Shown here: piece after piece, positions 27,888-32,000 of the stretch
Position numbering within the stretch: the stretch's first letter is position 1
Layout of the letters: every line of letters starts with the position of its first letter
Assembly (NCBI GenBank): GCA_049942965.1
Contig: CP188088.1
Location: 180,001-212,000 of the forward strand
Direction of reading: 5' to 3'
Length of the DNA: 32,000 bases
Source of the DNA: Candidatus Saccharimonadota bacterium
GTDB taxonomy: Bacteria; Pseudomonadota; Gammaproteobacteria; Enterobacterales; Enterobacteriaceae
The notes under the pieces: model-generated
What the model was told of the DNA's origin: nothing
Databases searched by the model: none
Seen by the model: only the letters and a program-made list of their open reading frames with translations
Made by a program: the position numbers and the translations under genes

Positions 27888-28884
27888 TTTTTCCTCTATT
27901 TTTTTTAGTTGCTTTACAATTTTTTAAATAATTTTTAAATTCTTTATCCAAAGGAGCTGATAAAATAGTTATTTTTTGGTTTTTAGGGTGTATGAATTGT
28001 ATTTCTTTTGCATGTAATAATAGACGAAACGGACCATTTCTATTTTTAATTTTTTTATCAAGCTCCTTAGAACCATATCGATTATCAAAAACAATTGGTA
28101 ATTTCATATGTGAAGTATGAACTCTAATTTGGTGTGTTCTACCAGTTATGGGATATATGTATAAAAGAGTTGTATTATTTTTAAATCTCTTCTTTACAAT
28201 AAAGTGAGTTTCTGATGGTTTTCCAAGATTATGAACACATACTTTTTTTTTACTTTTATTGGTATTCCATTTTTTTTTTAATAATGGTAAATTAATTGTA
28301 TTTATTGAATTAGGCCACTGTCCATGTACTAGTGCTACATATTTTTTTTTAATTTTATTGTTTTTAATTTGTTCATGTAAAAAATTTAAAGTAGACCTTT
28401 TTTTTGACATAATTAATACACCAGAAGTTTCTTTATCTAATCTGTGTACTAATTCTAGATTTTTACACAAAGGTCTTAATATACGAAATTTTTCTATAAT
28501 TCCTGTTGAAATACCACTCCCCCCATGAACTGCTATTCCAGATGGTTTATTTATAATAATTAAACATTCATCTTCAAATATAATATTTTTCAATATTTTT
28601 TTATCTATTATACATTTTTTTATACATTTTTTTTTAAAAATTTTATTTATATTAAAAATATATTTTTCTTTTATAGGTGGAATTCTAATTTTATCTCCAA
28701 TTTTTAATTTATATTTAGGAGGAGTTCTTTTTTTATTTACTCGAATATTTCCTTTTCTTAAAAGTTTATATATTTTATTTTTTGATATCAGTTTTATATA
28801 AGAAATTAAAAAATTGTCAATTCTTTGTGGAATCATTTGTTCAGTTACATTTAAAAAATGTGGTTTTTTTGTTATATTTTTCAT
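27868..28884 (-). CDS. rluC: 23S rRNA pseudouridine synthase RluC
   Basis: 338-aa ORF. The S4 domain is present ([12 protein letters not shown]...[33 protein letters not shown]), as are the RluA-family catalytic motif [13 protein letters not shown] and GRTHQIRVH. The last codons overlap the rpmF ribosome-binding site and start by 20 nt. Confidence 0.9.
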   Translation of the reverse strand: MKNITKKPHFLNVTEQMIPQRIDNFLISYIKLISKNKIYKLLRKGNIRVNKKRTPPKYKLKIGDKIRIPPIKEKYIFNINKIFKKKCIKKCIIDKKILKNIIFEDECLIIINKPSGIAVHGGSGISTGIIEKFRILRPLCKNLELVHRLDKETSGVLIMSKKRSTLNFLHEQIKNNKIKKKYVALVHGQWPNSINTINLPLLKKKWNTNKSKKKVCVHNLGKPSETHFIVKKRFKNNTTLLYIYPITGRTHQIRVHTSHMKLPIVFDNRYGSKELDKKIKNRNGPFRLLLHAKEIQFIHPKNQKITILSAPLDKEFKNYLKNCKATKKNRGKNGSTKK

Positions 28885-29209
28885 ATAGATAAATATCTAA
28901 AAGAAAATATTATATCTAGAATGATAATTCTAATCAATATTTTATGTATGAATAATTTCATAGTTAATTTATTTAAATTTTAAAAAAATTTTTTTATAAA
29001 AAATTTAAAAAAAATGAAAAAAGTATTGATTTATATATTTGTGGATTTAAATTAAATTATAAATTTGTAACTTTTAAATAAATTTTGTTTATATTAATTT
29101 TTTTTAGATTTAAGTTTATTTTTATATTTATATGAATTTATAAGAAGATATTCTAGTTATTTATTTTTTCTAATTATTTAATAAATTAAAAAAAAGAGAT
29201 CGTTTTTTT

Positions 29210-30466
29210 ATGAAAAGAATGTTAATTAATGCTGTTAATTCTAAAGAATGGAGAGTAGCTTTGGTAGATGGTAAAAGATTGTATGATTTAGATATAGATA
29301 ATCCTAACAATGACTTAAATAGAAAAAAATTAAATGTTTATAAAGGAGTTATTGATAGAATTGAACCTAGTTTAGATGCTGTATTTATAAATTACGGTTT
29401 TAAAAAACGTGGATTTTTACCAATAAAAGAAATTTCAAAAAATTATTTTTATGAAAAAAATATTACTAGAAATCATATTCTTTTTTTAAAAAAGGGTATG
29501 GAGGTAATTGTTCAAATAGAACAAGAAGAAAGAATGAATAAAGGAGCTTTATTAACAACATATATTAGTTTAGTAGGAAGCTTTTTAATTTTAATGCCAA
29601 ATAATCCCAATGTTTTAGGCATTTCTAAAAAAATAGAAGGTATTTATCGAAATGAATTAAAAAAGGTTTTTAAACGATTGATTATACCTAAAAATATGGG
29701 ATTAATAATTAGAACTGCTAGTTTAGGAAAATCTTTAAAAATTTTACAAAGTGATCTAGATTCTAGATTAAAACAATGGAAATTAATTATTGAAACAGCT
29801 AATAATTATTCATCTCCAATTTTGTTATGTCGAGAAAGTAATATTATTCATAGGTCTTTTAGAGATAATTTACATCAAGATATAGAAGAAATCATAATTG
29901 ATAATTACAAATTATTAAATGATATATATAGTTACATGAATATTTTAGGTCGTATAGATTTTTTACATAAAATTAAAATTTTTAATAAAAAAATCCCAAT
30001 GTTTAGCTATTTTCAAATTGAGTTACAAATTACTTCTATTTTTCAAAGAAAGATAAAATTATTCTCAGGAGGAGAAATTGTCATTGATTCCACAGAAGCT
30101 TTAACTGTAATTGATGTTAATTCGTCTCAATCTAAAAATGGAAAAAGAATGAAAGAAACAGCTTTAAATACTAATTTAGAAGCAGTTGAAGAAATATCCA
30201 AACAAATTAGATTGCGAGATTTAGGAGGTTTAATTGTGATAGATTTTATTGATATGAAATTAATTGATCATAAACGAATCATTGAAAAAAAAATTAAAGA
30301 AGAGATAAAAAAAGATAGAGCTCGTATTCAAATTGGTTTAATTTCTAGATTTGGATTATTAGAAATGTCTAGACAACGAGTAAAATACTCCATAAAAAAT
30401 CTTAATAATTATATTTGTTCTAAATGTAGTGGAACAGGTGTATTGAAGAAAAATTTTATTTTTTAA
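29210..30466 (+). CDS. rne: Ribonuclease E, N-terminal catalytic region only (418 aa; ends just after the Zn-link)
   Basis: MKRMLINAVNSKEWRVALVDGKRLYDLDI matches the E. coli Rne N-terminus. The S1 domain, 5' sensor and DNase I-like domain are present, with acidic catalytic residues conserved (TVIDVNSS, LIVIDFIDM). The Zn-link CSKCSGTG is followed by only 10 more codons. It is divergent from rluC, as in E. coli. Confidence 0.9.
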   Translation: MKRMLINAVNSKEWRVALVDGKRLYDLDIDNPNNDLNRKKLNVYKGVIDRIEPSLDAVFINYGFKKRGFLPIKEISKNYFYEKNITRNHILFLKKGMEVIVQIEQEERMNKGALLTTYISLVGSFLILMPNNPNVLGISKKIEGIYRNELKKVFKRLIIPKNMGLIIRTASLGKSLKILQSDLDSRLKQWKLIIETANNYSSPILLCRESNIIHRSFRDNLHQDIEEIIIDNYKLLNDIYSYMNILGRIDFLHKIKIFNKKIPMFSYFQIELQITSIFQRKIKLFSGGEIVIDSTEALTVIDVNSSQSKNGKRMKETALNTNLEAVEEISKQIRLRDLGGLIVIDFIDMKLIDHKRIIEKKIKEEIKKDRARIQIGLISRFGLLEMSRQRVKYSIKNLNNYICSKCSGTGVLKKNFIF

Positions 30467-30712
30467 ATTATTAATTTGAATTAAGTTTAAATTATATTAA
30501 AAAAATATTTTTTGAAATATTTTTTTTTGTTATTTTAAATATTAATTAATTTTTAATATTTTAGCTTCTTTTATTAATTAAAAGAAATAATATCTATTTC
30601 AGATAGTTTTTTTATAAATTTAAAATATAAAAAAACATAAATAATTTAAATTTTTATTTTTTTTAAATTTTTCAAAAAAAATATTTATCTATTTCAAATA
30701 AAATTCTAAATT

Positions 30713-32000
30713 TTAAAATTTAGAATTAAATATTTTTATTATTTCACTTATTTCATTAAGTGATGGTTCAAGAGATGACGTTTTATAATTTGATAAATGG
30801 AGATTGTCTAGATTCTTTGGTTTTTTATTTAAATTTTGAAAAAAAATATTATTATTTAATTCATACATATTTTTTTCTAATAGAATATTTTCTTCCTTAA
30901 CTTTTAATCGTTGATTTAATTTTAGTTGTTCTATTTTTTCTTGTATATGATTTTTATAATTTTCATAAGATTCTTCCATTGTTTCCTTATTGTTTATTAG
31001 CTTATAATTTTTTGAATCAATCATTTTCTGAAAATTTAAATAATCATCACGATCTGTATTGTTTGTTGGAAAATAAGCAATGTTTGTTTTTTCAGTTACG
31101 TTAGATTCAATGGAAAATTTATCAATTGCTGTAGCAGTTGATTGAATTAAATATTTATCGTTTTTTTTAAGAGATTTATTTAAATACTCGATTATTATTC
31201 CATCAAATTTTAGTAATGACAATGATAAAGCATTTTTTTTTTTTTCGGTCTTAAAATCAATAATTTCTTTATTATTAAAGAAATTTTTTATTTTCCATTT
31301 GTTTTTTCCTAAAAATTGAATTTCATATGTTTTTGGATAAAAAACATTGTAAGTATTCCATTTAGAATTTAATTTTTCCTTACCTTTATTATTTTTGTTA
31401 GGTATAATTTTTGGGTTGGTTTCTGAAAATATTTTTACTCCTGGATTACAATTAATATCATAACCATATCTATTTATAAAATTAAAATTATTGCTAAAAT
31501 TGTAAATTAGTTGTCCAATTTTATTTTTTGTTGATTCTAATTGTATTGTTCTAAATTTTAAAATAGCACCTAGAGTTCCTGTCGTGATAACTGGATCTAA
31601 AATTTTCATTGTTTTTTTTTTTTTTAATTGATATCCAACAGACATTTTATTAGAAAAATATGAACCATGAGCTGGAAAAATATCGTTTTTTTTAAAATTT
31701 TCTAATAAAATAATTTTTTTATTTAAAAATAAAAAAAAATTGTTGTTTTTTTCTAAAGATTTAATTCCAGCAATTTCATTTAATTGGTTAGATAAAATTT
31801 GTCTATCTACTATTAAATTTTCAATTTCATTTTTTTTATTAAAAATAATTGAATTAGGTTCATTTTTAATGTCATTAATTTTTTTATTAATATTTTTAAT
31901 TAATAGTAGATTATTGTTAATTTTTTTTATTTCTGATTTGATTTCTACGTTTAACAAAAATTCTAATTCTGACATGGATTTGTTAAATTTGTTTATCTGT
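30713..32000 (-). CDS. flgK: Flagellar hook-associated protein 1 FlgK (N-terminus lies beyond the window end)
   Basis: The central region LDPVITTGTLGAILKFRTIQLESTKNKIGQLIYNFSNNFNFINRYGYD aligns with E. coli FlgK LLNTGSLGGILTFRSQDLDQTRNTLGQLALAFAEAFNTQHKAGFD. The frame stays open upstream of the track's ATG at 31975 (..QINKFNKSMSELE), so the gene continues past nt 32000. It is adjacent to rne, as in enterobacteria. Confidence 0.8.
   Translation of the reverse strand, partial: QINKFNKSMSELEFLLNVEIKSEIKKINNNLLLIKNINKKINDIKNEPNSIIFNKKNEIENLIVDRQILSNQLNEIAGIKSLEKNNNFFLFLNKKIILLENFKKNDIFPAHGSYFSNKMSVGYQLKKKKTMKILDPVITTGTLGAILKFRTIQLESTKNKIGQLIYNFSNNFNFINRYGYDINCNPGVKIFSETNPKIIPNKNNKGKEKLNSKWNTYNVFYPKTYEIQFLGKNKWKIKNFFNNKEIIDFKTEKKKNALSLSLLKFDGIIIEYLNKSLKKNDKYLIQSTATAIDKFSIESNVTEKTNIAYFPTNNTDRDDYLNFQKMIDSKNYKLINNKETMEESYENYKNHIQEKIEQLKLNQRLKVKEENILLEKNMYELNNNIFFQNLNKKPKNLDNLHLSNYKTSSLEPSLNEISEIIKIFNSKF

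Noticed and set aside
30566-30586. Hairpin TTCTTTTA-TTAAT-TAAAAGAA between convergent rne and flgK
   Set aside because: It has one G-C pair and no flanking T-tract. Stems like this arise by chance in sequence that is essentially two-letter.
1-32000. Search for a novel accessory, defence or mobile system, CRISPR array, integrase or transposase, toxin-antitoxin pair, tRNA or rRNA
   Set aside because: Every ORF of meaningful length is a recognisable housekeeping orthologue in conserved enterobacterial synteny. The remaining DNA is short AT-rich spacer. There are no orphan ORF clusters, no compositional island and no repeat arrays, so claiming a new system would not be supported by the sequence.

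Overview
This window is extremely AT-rich (roughly 20% G+C by eye) and densely packed with housekeeping genes. Gene content and order match a reduced-genome gammaproteobacterial insect endosymbiont, most consistent with Buchnera aphidicola. The blocks are nusA-infB-rbfA-truB-rpsO-pnp-deaD (+), ridA-argI (-), pepA-valS-trhO(yceA) (+), asnS-ompF (+), hinT-ptsG-ycfH-holB-tmk-acpP-fabG-fabD-rpmF-rluC (-), rne (+) and flgK (-, runs off the window end). Each block is a compacted version of a conserved E. coli cluster, with genes missing at predictable places (nlpI, pyrBI, holC, fhuE, fabF-pabC-mltG, plsX-fabH, yceD-yceF). I found no tRNA or rRNA genes, CRISPR arrays, mobile elements, toxin or defence modules, or any accessory island. 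I therefore do not claim a novel gene system here. The most interesting signal is one the ORF track hides. Three otherwise intact genes (argI, ycfH, fabD) are broken by four frameshifts. Each frameshift lies exactly inside a long coding-strand poly(A) run (A22, A11, A10, A13), and each would be repaired by one extra A. This fits either the transcriptional-slippage rescue described for endosymbiont poly(A) tracts or systematic homopolymer under-calling in the assembly. Secondary observations are an RNase E truncated right after the Zn-link, a ValRS lacking its C-terminal coiled coil, a roughly 0.96 kb gene-free spacer, a perfect 15-bp inverted repeat between ompF and hinT, and an 18-bp GATC-flanked palindrome after acpP.
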